Source: the human T2T-CHM13v2.0 reference genome, Homo sapiens
Assembly: GCF_009914755.1 (NCBI RefSeq)
Contig: NC_060927.1
Direction: 5' to 3' (one strand)
Length of the DNA: 64,000 nt
Part shown: one piece after another, positions 14,049-31,726 of the stretch
Layout of the letters: each line of letters opens with the position of its first letter
Position numbering within the stretch: the stretch's first letter is position 1
Notes under the pieces: model-generated
What the model saw: the letters and a program-made list of their open reading frames with translations, nothing else
Databases searched by the model: none
What the model was told of the DNA's origin: nothing
Translations under genes and position numbers: made by a program

Positions 14049-15074
14049 ATGGGGAGAAACCAGAGGAGAAAAACTGAAAATTCTTAAAGTCAGAGCACCT
14101 CTTCTCCTCCAAAGGAATGCAGTTCCTCACCAGCAATGGAACCAAGCTGGACAGAGAATGACTTTGACAAGTTGAGAAAAGAAGGCTTCAGACGATCAGT
14201 AATAACAAACTTCTCTGAGCTAAAGGAGGATGTTCGAACCCATTGCAAAGAAGCTAAAAGCCTTGAAAAAAGATTAGAGGATTGGCTAACTAGAATTAAC
14301 AGCATAGAGAAAACCTTAAGTTACCTGACGGAGCTGAAAACCATGGCACGAGAACTACGTGACGAATGCACAAGCTTCAGTAGCCGATTTGATCAAGTGG
14401 AAGAAAGGATATCAGGGATTGAAGATCAAATGAATGAAATGAAGCGAGAAGAGAAGTTTAGAGAAAAAAGAGTAAAAAGAAATGAACAAAGTCTCCAAGA
14501 AATATGGGACTATGTGAAAAGACCAAATCTATGTCTGATTGGTGTACCTGAAAGTGATGGGGAGAATGGAACCGAGTTGGAAAACACTCTTCAGGATATT
14601 ATCCAGGAGAACTTCCCCAACCTAGGAAGGCAGGCCAACATTCAAATTCAGGAAATACAGAGAACATCACAAAGATACTCCTCAAAAAGAGCAACTCCAA
14701 GACATGTAATTGTCAGATTCACCAAAGTTGAAATGAAGGAAAAAATGTTAAGGGCAGCCAGAGAGAAAGGTTGGGTTACCCACAAAGGGAAGCCCATCAG
14801 ACTAACAGTGGATCTCTCGGCAGAAACTCTACAAGCCAGAAGAGAGTGGGGGCCAATATTCAACATTCTTAAAGAAAAGAATTTTCAACCCAGAATTTCA
14901 TATGCAGCCAAACTAAGCTTCATAAGTGAAGGAGGAATAAAATCCTTTACAGTAAAGCAAATGCTGAGAGATTTTGTCACCACCAGGCCTGCCTTACAAG
15001 AGCTCCTGAAGGAAGCACTAAACATGGAAAGGAACAACCAGTACCAGCCACTGCAAAAACATGGCAAATTGTAA
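14049..15074 (+). pseudogene. L1 ORF1p with one in-frame stop at codon 13; remainder open
   Basis: ATG 14049 gives MGRNQRRKTENS* (TAA 14085-14087); the in-frame 312-aa ORF 14136-15074 contains YVKRPNL, REKG and ends QPLQKHGKL. Confidence 0.93.
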
Positions 15075-15137
15075 AGACCATCCATGCTAGGAAGAAACTG
15101 CATCAACTAACGAGCAAAATAACCAGCTAACATCAGA

Positions 15138-19934
<4,797 letters not shown>

Positions 19935-20372
19935 ACAATGAGAACACTTGGACACAGGATGGGGAACATCACACACCAGGGCCTGTGGTGGAGTGGGGGG
20001 AGGGGGTGGGATAGCATTAGGAGATATACCTAATGTAAATGATGAGTTAATGGGTGCAGCACACCAATATGGCACATGTATACATATATAACAAACCTGC
20101 ACATTGTGCACATGTACTGTGGAACTTAAAGTATAATAATAATAATAATAAAAGAAATAAATAGCAAATGACCATGTGTTCTGATTTAGTTTTTGCAATG
20201 AACATTTACGTTTGAATTACATGTAGCACTTCCTTTATATGACCAAATGGTACATTGTGGAATCCTGAACAACGATAGTGACTTGTATTTAATAGGGATT
20301 CAGTAAGATTTTGTGAAGCAAGTGAATGAATGAATAAATAAATAAATAAATAAATAAGAAAAGAAATTTGCT

Positions 20373-20660
20373 GGCCGGGCACAGTGGCTCACTCCTGTAA
20401 TCCCAACACTTTGGGAGTCCGAGGTGGGTGGATCACGAGGTCAGGAGATCTAGACCATCCTGGCTAACATGGTGAAACCCCATCTCTACTAAAAATACAA
20501 AAAAATTAGCTGGGCGTGGCGAGGGCACCTGTAATCCCAGCTACTCAGGAGACTGAGGCAGGAGAATGGCGTGAACCCAGGAGGCGGAGCTTGCAGTGAG
20601 CTGAGATGGCGCCACTGCACTCCAGCCTGGGCGACAGAGCGAGACTCCGTCTCAAAAAAA
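20373..20660 (+). mobile_element. AluY with a 17-bp TSD
   Basis: TSD aagaaaagaaatttgct at 20356-20372 and 20661-20677; inserted after a (TGAA)n(TAAA)n tract that looks like an L2 tail. Confidence 0.96.
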
Positions 20661-20729
20661 AAGAAAAGAAATTTGCTTAATGCTAGTGTTAAAACAGATT
20701 TTCATTCTTGAGTTTTAAAGGAAAGAATT

Positions 20730-20960
20730 GCTTGGTGGAGAGGAATTAGACTTGTCCTGTATGGCTGTGCTCAAATTTAAACTAGTTTCAAAGGGTCAAA
20801 ACTATCAATGTAAAAGAAGACTTTCTAAGACTGAGAGCTGTCTGCAGACAGTACTTAGATATTGTGAGTTCAAACACAGATAATGAGTGTTGGAATGAAT
20901 GTTCTAGTTCATCTGTTGGATTTGTTGATTGATGGGTTGAAGTAGGTTCCCTCACAGTTT
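20730..20960 (+). mobile_element. L3/CR1 3' fragment
   Basis: gaggaattagacttgtcctgtatggc and tcaatgtaaaagaagactttctaagactgagagctgtc resemble the L3 3' region. Confidence 0.45.
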
Positions 20961-21223
20961 ATTCTGATGCCAAAAGTTGATGATACCTTGCTGTGTTTTC
21001 TCTAGTGTGTGAGCAGTGCAGGTAAGTTTGAAGGCAGGACAAGGAAGGGTGGAGATGCAGTAGGTGTGTGCAAGCCAAATCAGCTAGTGATTTTCTTACC
21101 ATACAGAGCTTAGAAAATAATTTTTAAAAAGTATTTTGAGAAGCATTTGGTCAGCTACTTTATTAAAATTCAGGCTGAGTAAAGAGAGGTTGAAATCAGT
21201 GCATGGGAAGAATTCTTAAAGAT

Positions 21224-21688
21224 GGTATTAGTTTTTCATTACTATGAAATAAATTATGTGGTTTAAATTAATAAACATTTAGTATCTCACAGTTTCTGTG
21301 GTTAAGAAAAATTGTGGTTGTTAGCTAGGGGTCTCTCATGAGCTTGCCGTTAAGATGTCAGCTGGGCTGCAGTCATCTGAAGGCTTAACTGAGGCTGGGC
21401 CACTCACTTCTAGAATGCCTCACTCATGACACTGTTAGAGGCCTCCACTCACTGCTGACTCTAGCAGGAGACCTCAGTTCCGTATTCAGTGGCTATCTCT
21501 GTAGACTTGATTATCTTTAATATCTTTAGGGCAAGGCAGTCAGCTTTTCCCAGTAAGAGTAACCTAAGAAAGGCAGCAGGGAAGATGCCACAATGCTTTT
21601 TATGACTTAATCTCAGAAGTTATACAAATTACTTATGCCACATTAGATCTTTGAGAATTGAGTCAGTAAGTCCAACCCATTCTCAAAG
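21224..21688 (-). mobile_element. MLT1 LTR (MLT1F/G/H-like)
   Basis: tatctcacagtttctgtgg; aagatgtcagctgggctgcagtcatctgaaggcttaactgaggctgg; ccaacccattctcaaagggagggaatt. Confidence 0.8.
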
Positions 21689-23489
21689 GGAGGGAATTCC
21701 TAATTCTCATAAAAGGTGGCAATATTCCTATTTATAACTTTTATGATACTATCATAGTTCAATAGCAGACATTTAGTCTATAATTCAATTGTCCACTAGT
21801 TTTTAAATCATCAGATTCTTGATTACTTTAAAATTGGGGGAATTATATCTTTTTAAAAGACTTAAAAGGCTTTAATATTTAAAAATATTTTCTAAATCAA
21901 ATTCTGATGAAATCTAACAAAAAAGTACCTATTAGAAGGAGTAAAATGTATAGCTGCATTTATTTTGACTCAAATGATGCTGTTACTCTTATGAAATCTA
22001 TGGAGTGCAAATGTGAAGAATAAATGGATCAATTTACCTGATTTGCCAAATCCCTGATTCCTGAGTTTCAAATGTAGGAACTCATCCTAGGTAACTAGCA
22101 GAGCCTGATCAGCACCCTTAAAATAATTCCATGAAGAGAAGATAGTTTAAACTAGAGGTTCAGGCTAATGCATTACCCTAACAGCTTGTTGGGGGAGCTC
22201 AGTTCTGCCTTGTCATGAATCTGAGACTAGAAGCCCTTTAGAGCTCTGTCTAATACCGTGTTCTGCTTTGGGGAGCAGCGAGCAGAAGACTGTAAACTAA
22301 GAGAATTGTAAACTTAATTTCAAACTGGGGAAATTCTTAAGTCTAGGTATTGATATAGATCACCAAGGGCTCATTGTAGATTAGAAAAATGCCCATGGGA
22401 CTAGGCAGTTCCAACTATCTACACTCAATCATGCGGTCATGAGAAACGATGTGGCTTTTAGAAGTGGGTCTCTGCCTTCACCTTTGGATTGCTCAAATCC
22501 CACATTCTTAAACAATGGTCTGTGAGAGGTGGATGAAGAGAGATATAAGACTTTGTTCACCTTATGTCAGTGGACTCTTAAGTAATTAGAAATATAAAAG
22601 AGATACGAGCATATTTGTGATATAAATTGAAGTATGTGGTTATAGTATTACATTATAACACATGATATGTAAACTATAAGATGAATGTGTTTTAAGGGGT
22701 GAAAGTGTCTTTCGAGTTAGAAATAAAAATGTACACAAAGTGTTAGAAAAACTTGTGCGTGTGTGAATGTAGCTGACATTATTGTGTTAAATGTGTGTTG
22801 TCTTTATTTGTATTATAGATGAGGAAGAGATTTCACATCTGTTTTCTTCTTTATGTATACTTAAAGGCCTGCATGAGGCCTGTCATAAGGAACTCAAGGA
22901 AGGTAGTTATAATTTAAGGCTCAAGTATAATGAAAAAGGGAGAAATTACAATTAAGAAAATCACTTCAAGTCACTATGGAGCCTATTCCTAATGACTATA
23001 TAACTGGTGGAACCATTGAATTTCTTACTTATTTTTCCAGATTATTGCAGGAGGTTTACAACAGTAGGCGAACCTGCACCTGAATGAAATTGCTGAGTCA
23101 GTTGTGCTGTTTTAATAGTAAATCTAGTGAGTTGAATAACTGCCAAAATACTTTAGTTCCCAAGGAGAACCATAAATATTCATCTTAGACTGAGTCTTTG
23201 CACACAAACTAAATTGAAGGATTTAGGATAATTACTAGATATCTCAGGCCAGAAAAGGAAATAAAAATAGAAATTTCACCTGAGATGTCAGATAATATAG
23301 ATCAAGGGAAATGTTTTCTCTTGAATTATCCTGGTATTTTCTTTCATCTTCTATTTCAGGTTCAGATAAATTCAACAAACATCTTTCTATTATACAAAGC
23401 ATTTAAGCAGACACTGTGGAGAATGTGGAGATAAATGACTTCATCTTTGCTCAGGATAAGATGGGAGCAGTGATGGAGTGGAAATGGCT

Positions 23490-23735
23490 ACCACTAGGTT
23501 TGTTGAGAACACACTGTGCATCTGCAGCTGTGTTAGCCAACTTTTATGTATTTTTATCTTCTTAAAACAGATTTTCTTCCTCCTATAAGTATGTATTAGT
23601 TAAGTACTGTTTTTCTCGGTATGCAGAAAAGAAATCTGATAACTGGAGAACTTATGTAACTGAACTAGGAAACTCACATTTCTGGTAAGTAATTAAGGCA
23701 GAATTCAAATTCAAGTCACTCATATTTCAGAACTG
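23490..23735 (-). mobile_element. MIR
   Basis: Degenerate reverse MIR core (atgcagaaaagaaatctga...ggcagaattcaaattcaagtc). Confidence 0.55.
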
Positions 23736-24954
23736 ACAATGGATAATTAGTATGTATTTGTTGAAGTCAGTTGGATATGTACGTGTCTTTAAGAGTAAAC
23801 ATTCTTTGGACAGACATTCAGTTAGAACTCATCACACCAGCTATCCTAATTTATGAAATTTATGAAGAATATAGGCAATATTCAATCACTTTATGACAGT
23901 GTTGTTTCTACTGTTTACATTTCAATGATATACTTCCAGTACAAGTCATGTACAATTTCAGAGTTCTATGTAATTCCCTGATTACCATTTATATTTTGTC
24001 TACATTCTCATTTTACTTACATACCATATGGATGTTGGAACACTGTAACAAATAAAATCAGTCATTTTTGATAAGCAATTTTAGAGAGTTTAAAATGAGA
24101 CATACGGGCCAAATGACAAACTCTAGAAACTGCCTTTGTGTTATATACAAAAATGTTTTACCCAACAAATGAATACATATGAAGAAGGAGGCCAGAAGGA
24201 TCTAACCATAGCTTCCCTTGTGCCATTGTGTAACTGTCGCCAGCTGTCACGCCAGAAGTTGTAGATCAATTATTTACAGTTATAAAAGCAAAATGAAAAT
24301 AATGATCTAAGTTTGAACTCCCTAAGTTTAATCATGATTAGATTTTGCTGTAAAACCAAGGCATTCCAGAAGATAAAAAAGTATAAAAAACGCAGACTTA
24401 TGACTTTGATTCACAGTGATCTCACACCAAATGTGGACAATTCACTTCACCATGGTTACCAATGATATTGTTAATGCAAATCACACATATGGAATGTCTC
24501 ACGACTCAAGAACATGGACATTTCTTATAGATACAATCCCTTGAATATTTTCATTATCTTCTTCACGTCCAAAAAAAGCACTGAGTACATATTAAGCATA
24601 TGTTTCTTTATTTGTATTTGCATATCTTTATTACATAAAAGAAAATAAGTCACCCACAGTGTGACTCCCTACAAAATCAATTGTCCTTACAAGGTAGAAT
24701 AATTTTGACAGACACAATGTTTTTATTCTCAAAAACTTTAGTAGAAAACAAATAGCACCAATGCAACTATACAAAATACAAGCAAGAAAATGATAGTATT
24801 GGACTGACACAGACTAGAAAACATTAGCATTATATGTTTATTCAACACAAAGTAGTATAAATCATGATTTGGCATGATTGATCTTATAGCTACATTTTCT
24901 GGTGGCATGGTTAAACTTCCATGTATTTATCAAAGTCCAGCTTTGTGCGCAAAT

Positions 24955-25358
24955 GTTTCTCTAGGTACATGGCTGCCCACCTAGAAAATATTGTGTAGTC
25001 TAACTTAAAGTTAAGTGTGATTGTGTGTCTAAACTCACCAATAGAATGTGACGTGGATGTGTCATGCGCCCCTTTGGGTTTGAGCATTTCATCCCAGGAC
25101 ACATTTAACCATGTCTTGTTGTTAGGAATGTATTTGAGGCAGTGTCTCAGCTTCTACCATGCAGAATATGACAATACTATAGGTGAAACTGGAACAACAA
25201 AGAACAGAAACCTGGCTCTCTGAGAAAATAGGGCAGAGGTTCCCTGAAGATCTAGGCCTTTCTTAAGGACTACTACAATAAAGAGGAAAAAACAAACTTC
25301 TTTTGTAATTCTTGTACTTTTGGGTTACTACTGCAGCAGTGTCATTCTAATTAAAGCA
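24955..25358 (+). mobile_element. MLT1 LTR (old MaLR)
   Basis: ccaatagaatgtgacgtggatgtgtcatg; gaacagaaacctggctctctga; ttgggttactactgcagc. Confidence 0.55.
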
Positions 25359-25904
25359 CATGGAAAAGACCCTTCTTTCAGCCCTGGTTTCCTCATTAAG
25401 AACATAATTGTATCATACTAGATGGTCTCTAAAGTCTCATCAAAACATAATATTCCATAAAATTGATTATTTTACTTCATAGCAAGTTGTTAAAACACTG
25501 GAAAATAAAGGTTGAAAGAGATTCATCTTAGTTAGCAATTATTACATAAATATGATGAAAATAAATTACAAATTAAAAAATATATAAACATTTATATGGT
25601 CTTGATAGCCTTTAGTTCTTTTACATTCCTTTAACTGGGAAGAAAAAAAAACCTGTGGAGATTCTACAGAGAAATAGGCTTCAAATTTATTACTAACTTC
25701 TTTATTAAATTTATTACCACCTTCTCCATATTGCTATAGGAAATTGACATATGGTGCTATACAGAACTGATTGGAGAGAGATAAGACAAAAATAAGAGTG
25801 AATAGTTCATGCCATAATTCAAGATTAAGAAGTTCTGAGGCTGATAAAAGTAGTATTAGAAATCATGTGACTTCTGATTTTAAACCAGCCAACCCAGTAG
25901 GTAT

Positions 25905-26090
25905 ACAGATGATGACATTTATCTGTAAGTATGTGATGTTGGGCAAGTTGTTCAATCTTTCAGTTCCCTCATGGGTAAAATGAAAGTGAAAATAAGGTCT
26001 ATCTCAGGGTATTGCAGCAAGGTTTAAAACAGACAACATATGTAAAGGACTAGAATGCCTACTAAGTGCTGAATAAATGCTAGCTATTTT
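25905..26090 (+). mobile_element. MIR
   Basis: tgtgatgttgggcaagtt...cagttccctcatgggtaaaatg...taagtgctgaataaatgctagctatt. Confidence 0.8.
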
Positions 26091-26399
26091 TGTTATGCTA
26101 ATATTGTTGTTATTATTAGTAGAAGTAGTCTTATAAGTTATCAAAGACACTGCTTGCCCAGACATTGTAAAATGTAAACACCAAGTAAAATAAGATAAGT
26201 GGTCTTCAAGGAGTTTGCAATTGACTTGAAACTAAGACATGAATATGGAGAATTAATTCATGAGTATCAGATTATATGCTATTGCACAGAAATACTGTAA
26301 GTATTCAAAAGAAGGAGAGAACATTGTGAAGTGGAGTGGGCTTTATGTAGAAAATAACATTGAAAGCCTCTGATAAGAGTAATAAAGTCTTGAGGCATC

Positions 26400-26540
26400 T
26401 TATGTGTTGAGTATTATTCTAAAATTTTTATGCACTTTGTTTACCTAATCTTTATAATAATTTTATGACTATGTAATTTTAATCTCTATTTAATAGATAA
26501 GTAAACTGAGATATAGAGAGCTCAAATAACTTGTCCAAAA
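26400..26540 (-). mobile_element. MIR
   Basis: atttaatagataagtaaactgagatatagagagctcaaataacttgtccaa. Confidence 0.7.
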
Positions 26541-27082
26541 TTGGAGGTATGTGATGAAAGCTGTATGGGAACTGGCAGACTGAAACTGGGGCCAGGTCAC
26601 TGCAGCATGAAATTATACCAAGTTCTTATAAAGGAGAAATCAATGAATGAAAAGGCTATACCATTCCAACTGGTGAAGATATAAACAAAATCAAGGAAGA
26701 AGAGTTTGAGTATGGCTTACATCTTAATCACAGAGGAAGCATCTTATTGGAGCATTGACTGAATAATTATGGGCACTCAGTTATTAAATTCTGTGAGTTT
26801 ATATACAGATAATTACATTTTAATATGAAAGAATGTCATTTTTACAGAAATCTTGAAACTATATTTTAATCATTAACCAGTGTTGTTTATTTGTTTACCT
26901 AATTCTACTTATATATGTCTAATCCCTGGCTGATGTAATATTAAGAGAAATATAGTTCTCTTCTTAGAGTTCTGAGCCTTTCTGAATGCATAAAAAATCA
27001 GGCCAGGAAAATGATAAGTAAGCTTCTACTCTTTAATGGAAATGATGTTAAAATATGTCCCTCTTTTCAGCCACTAGCCCTT

Positions 27083-27454
27083 TGTATTAGTCCGTTCTCA
27101 TGCTGCTATGAAGAAATACCCAGGTAATTTATAAAGAAAAGAGGTTTAATTGACTCACAGTTCTACATGGCTTGGGGGGGCCTCAGGAAACTTAGAATTA
27201 TTGCGGAAGGGGAGGTAAACACACCCTTCTTCACATGGCAGCAGGAGAGAGAAGTGCAGAGGGAATCAGGGGAAAGCCCCTTATAAAACAAACAGATCTC
27301 ATGTGAACTCACTCATTGTCATGAGACTAGCATAGGGGAACTGCCCTATGATCTAACCACGTTCCACGAGGACTCTCCCCCAACATGTGCGGATTGCAAT
27401 TTGGATTACAATTCAAGAAGAGATTTTGGGTGGAAACACAGCCAAACCATATCA
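27083..27454 (-). mobile_element. THE1D/MSTA-like solo LTR
   Basis: tgtattagtccgttctcatgctgctatg...cacagccaaaccatatca. Confidence 0.9.
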
Positions 27455-29375
27455 CTCATTTTAAAATAAGTTTTCTACATGAATAACTTAGGCTAAAAAA
27501 TGCAAGAATTTTATTTGAAGAGAAATTGATTATCTCAAAAAATATTACACAAGTCTAATGTGAAGTATCTGCTGGCATAATAAAACCCTTGCAAAAATAT
27601 GCCTTGCTTTTAACTAAATTTAATTTTATAAATCAAGCACACTTTCAAAAGAAGGAAAACAGGACCCAGTGTCATTTGGCAATAGTTTTACAGCTGAATA
27701 TTTAAACAGTGAGTCTTGGCATCCATAAAAGAGTTTAAACATCAATTTAAAAAAAAAAAAGCTGACCAAATGGCAGTGAAGCTGTGGTAATTCTGCTGAC
27801 TTTCCATGTAAAAAATAATCTGAGGTCTATTTCCCTGATGTCATTTATATGCTACATTAACAATTTAAAAATCATATCTTGTTTAAAAATATTCTCAAAT
27901 AATGGATTTTCTTAGTGGAAAAATATAAATGGGTATTTGATATCTAGATTAAATATATAGTCATTTTAAAAGTATTTCTTGTTATGTTGGTGTGGTAAAA
28001 ATCTTTTATTTTATAAATATAAAGTGCTCATCATATTTTTAGACTAGAACTTATTTTATATCAGCAATCAACTGTTAAATTAACACAACAAAACAAAGTA
28101 TTGAAGCTGTCAAAACTAACAGTGCTCTTATTCTTACTGGATTCGTTTTTATAAATATCAAATTGAGACATCAATATTCATCAGTTTCTTATAATGTAAA
28201 CAAATTAAACATCTCTAGTCCATCTTTATTCTTGTTATTGTGTTTAAAGTATCAGGCAAGTCTTATTACTAGCATTCTGCTATTTACAAATAAACCTGTA
28301 TTTTCAATATAGATGATTTTATTTATTCAAGAATTATGTTAGGCTCTAGGCCATGGAGCTAAACAAAAATACTATGATCCCTGCTCACATGAAACTTATA
28401 ATTTACTGTGAAGGCTTCCTCTAAAAAATAATAATTTTTAAATCAATAATTTAAAAAATGAATTTGTCATAATGGTGTATTTTGAATGGCTTTAGCAGAA
28501 AGTTTCCTGTCAGACACTTCCAAGTTTTAACAGGGATAATAATTAGAATGCTTTATTTCCTTGTATATATTTATTTAATTTTTAGACCATAGAATTAGGG
28601 TTTTTAATCTTTCTTACTCTGATTTTCTTTTATGCAAAGTACCTAAATATAAAGTTGCCTAGAGAGACAAACATGTTTAGAGGGGGCTGTATTTGAGTTC
28701 AGTTCAGGATTCTTTGGACTTTTTGAGATTTATGAAATGCTTATATAAATACTGCATTCTTATAACCAAAAGTAAGAGTGCAGAAAAGTCCTTAACACTT
28801 TCAAAAGACATCAGTCATTTACTTTGCAGCATATAGATATGTTTCTATTCACATTATTCCAAACATTGGAGAAATGTAAACAAACTAAATGTGAGTAAAT
28901 GTCAATAATTCTATGTTGTTCTATTCTAAACTGTATCTGCCCCTCTTTAAAAATATTAATATCTATTAAAAACAACTGAAATGTAATCCATGTATTTGTA
29001 AAAGAATTCCTATTTTCTCTTCCAGATGTACTATTAAAAATAATTTATTCATGGAAAAAGTCGATTGATTTTTTCTGTTCAAAAGGGATGGAATGAAATG
29101 ACTGATGCTTATCATGATGCAAGAAATGTGATGGAGGCTTTAGGGAGGGAAAGGGAATATATTTGTCATGGGGTCCCCTTTATTATTTTCTAAATTTTGC
29201 CAAAACTTCCAAACAGAATTTGGTCTGCTTTCTTTGTTCCAGAGGTATTCCTGTATCACATTTTCCTATTGCCCTGTCTTTCCATTATCCTATCTGTTAT
29301 CCATATAGCTATCCTGAAATTTAATCACCTTGATCATTCTCCAGTTAAGTTATGTGAGGTGAGACTCTAACTCAA

Positions 29376-31604
29376 ACTTACAGTTCCAATGACTGGGGAG
29401 GCCTCACAATCATGGCAGAAGGCAAGGAGGAGCAACTTATGTCTAATATGGATGGCAGTAGACAAAGAGAGAGAGCTTCTGCAGGAGAACTCCTCTTTAT
29501 AAAACCATCAGATCTCATAAGACTTATTATGAGAACAGCACATGAAAGACTTGCCTCCATGATTCAATTACCTTCCACCTCGCCCCTCCCACAACGCATG
29601 GGAATTCAAGATGAGATTTGGGTGGGAACACAGCCAAACCATATCATTCTGCCCCTGGCTCCTCCCAAATCTCATGTCCTCACATTTCAAAACCAATCGT
29701 GCCTTCCCAACTGTCCCCCAAAATCTTAACTCATTTCAGCATTAACTCAAAAGCCCATAGTCCAAAGTCTCATTTGAGACAAGGCAAGACTTCTCCACCT
29801 ATAAGTCTGTAAAATCAAAAGGAAGTTAATTACTTCCTAGGTACAATGAGGGTACAGGCGTTGGGTAAATACAGCCATTCCAAAACAGAGAAATTGGCAA
29901 AAACAAAGGGCTACAGGCCCTATGCAAGTCTGAAATCCAGCAAGGCAGTCAAATCTTTAAGCTACAAAATGATCTGCTTTGACCCCAAGTCTCACATCCA
30001 GGTCATGCTGATACAAAAGATGGGTTCCCATGGTGTTGGGCAGCTCCAACCCTGTGGCTTTGCAGGGTACAGCCCATCTCCTGGCTGCCTTCATGGGCTG
30101 GCATTGAGTGTCTGCAGCTTTTCCAGGCACATGGTGCAAGCTGTCAGTAGATCTACCATTCTGGGTTCTGGAGGAAGGTGACCTTCTTCTCACAGCTCCA
30201 CTAGGCAGTACCCCAGTAGGGACTGGGTACTCTATGTGGAGGCTCTGTGTGGAGGCTCTGACCCCATATTTCCCTACTGCACTGCCCTAGCAGAGGCTCT
30301 CCATGAGGGCCCCACCCCTGCAGCAAACTTCTGCCTTGACATCCAGGCATTTCCATGCATTTTCTGAAATCTAGGCAGAGATTCCCAAGACCTAATTCTT
30401 GACTTCTGTGCACTCACAGGCTCAGCACTATGTGGAAGCTGCCAAGGCTTAGGCCTTAAACCCTCTGAAGCTATGTCCTGACCTCTATGTTGGCCCCTTT
30501 CAACCAGAGCTGGAGCAGCTGGGATGCAGCGCACCAAGTTCCTAGGCTACACACAGCACAGTGACCCTGGGCCCCAGCCCACAAAACTACTTTTTCCTCT
30601 TAGGCCTCCGGGCTGGTGATGGATGGGAGGGACTGCCGTGAAGACCTGTGGCATGCCCTGGAGACATTTTCCTTATTGTCTTGGGGATTAACATTCAGCT
30701 CCTAGTTATTTGTGCAAATTTCTGCAGCTGGCTTGAATTTCTCCTCAGAAAATGGGATTTTCTTTTCTATTGCATTGTCAAGCAGCAAATTTTTGGAACC
30801 TTTATGCTCTGCTTCTTTTATAAATTCAGTGCCTTTACCAGGATCCAAGTCACCACTTGAATGGTTTGCTGTTTAGAAATTTCTTCCACCAGATACCCTA
30901 AATCATCTCTCTCAAGTTCAAAGTTCCACAAATCTCTAGAGCAGAGGCAAAATGTTTCCAGTCTCTTTGCTGAAACATAACAAGAGCCACCTTTACTCCT
31001 GTTCCCAACAAGTTCCTCATCTCCATCTGAGACAAGCTCAGCCTGGATTTCATTGTCCATATTATTATCAGCATTTTGGTTAACGCCATTCAACAAGTCT
31101 CTAAGGAGTTCCAAACTTTCCCACATGTTCCTGTTTTCTTCTGAGTCCTCCAAACTGTTGCAACCTCTGCCTGTTACCCAGTTCCAAAGTCCCTTCCACA
31201 GTTTTGAGTATCTTTTCAGCAGTGCCCCATTCAACTGGTACCAATTTACGGTATTAGTCTGTGCCCACACTGCTGATAAAAACATACCTGAGACAGGGCA
31301 ATTTACCAAAGAAAGAGGTTTAATGGACTTACAGTGCCACACGGCTGGGGAGGCCCCACAATCATGGTGGAAAGCAAGGAGGAGGAAGTTACGTCTTACA
31401 TGGATGGCAGCAGGCAAAAAGCAAGAGCTTCTGCAGGGAACACCTCTTTATAAAACCATCAGATCTTGTGAGACTTACTCACTATCATGAGAACAACATG
31501 GGAAAGACTAGTCCCCAAGATTCAATTACCTCCCACACGGTCCCTCCCACAACACATGGGAATTCAAGATGAGATTTGGGGGGCGACACAGCCAAACCAT
31601 ATCA
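29376..31604 (-). mobile_element. THE1B-like MaLR provirus: LTR 31250-31604, internal 29647-31249, LTR 29376-29646 missing its outer ~75 bp
   Basis: Two THE1 LTRs around a THE1-int with the usual junctions catatca|ttctgcccctgg and ggtaccaatttac|; degenerate MaLR ORF (MWESLELLRDLLNG) on the minus strand. Confidence 0.92.
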
Positions 31605-31726
31605 CTCAATTTATATATATCATGTGGAGAACACTTTATTTATTTCAAACACTGCTAACATTCTCCTGTTGTAAGTTGATTCATAGAAGAGAAACATATG
31701 TATTCTTTTCAATATTCATTTAAAGA

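Noticed and set aside
23020-23100. Pyrimidine tract plus AG, and a TGCTGAGTCA (MAF/NRF2/AP-1) motif
   Set aside because: Single motifs are expected by chance in 64 kb and no matching donor was identified
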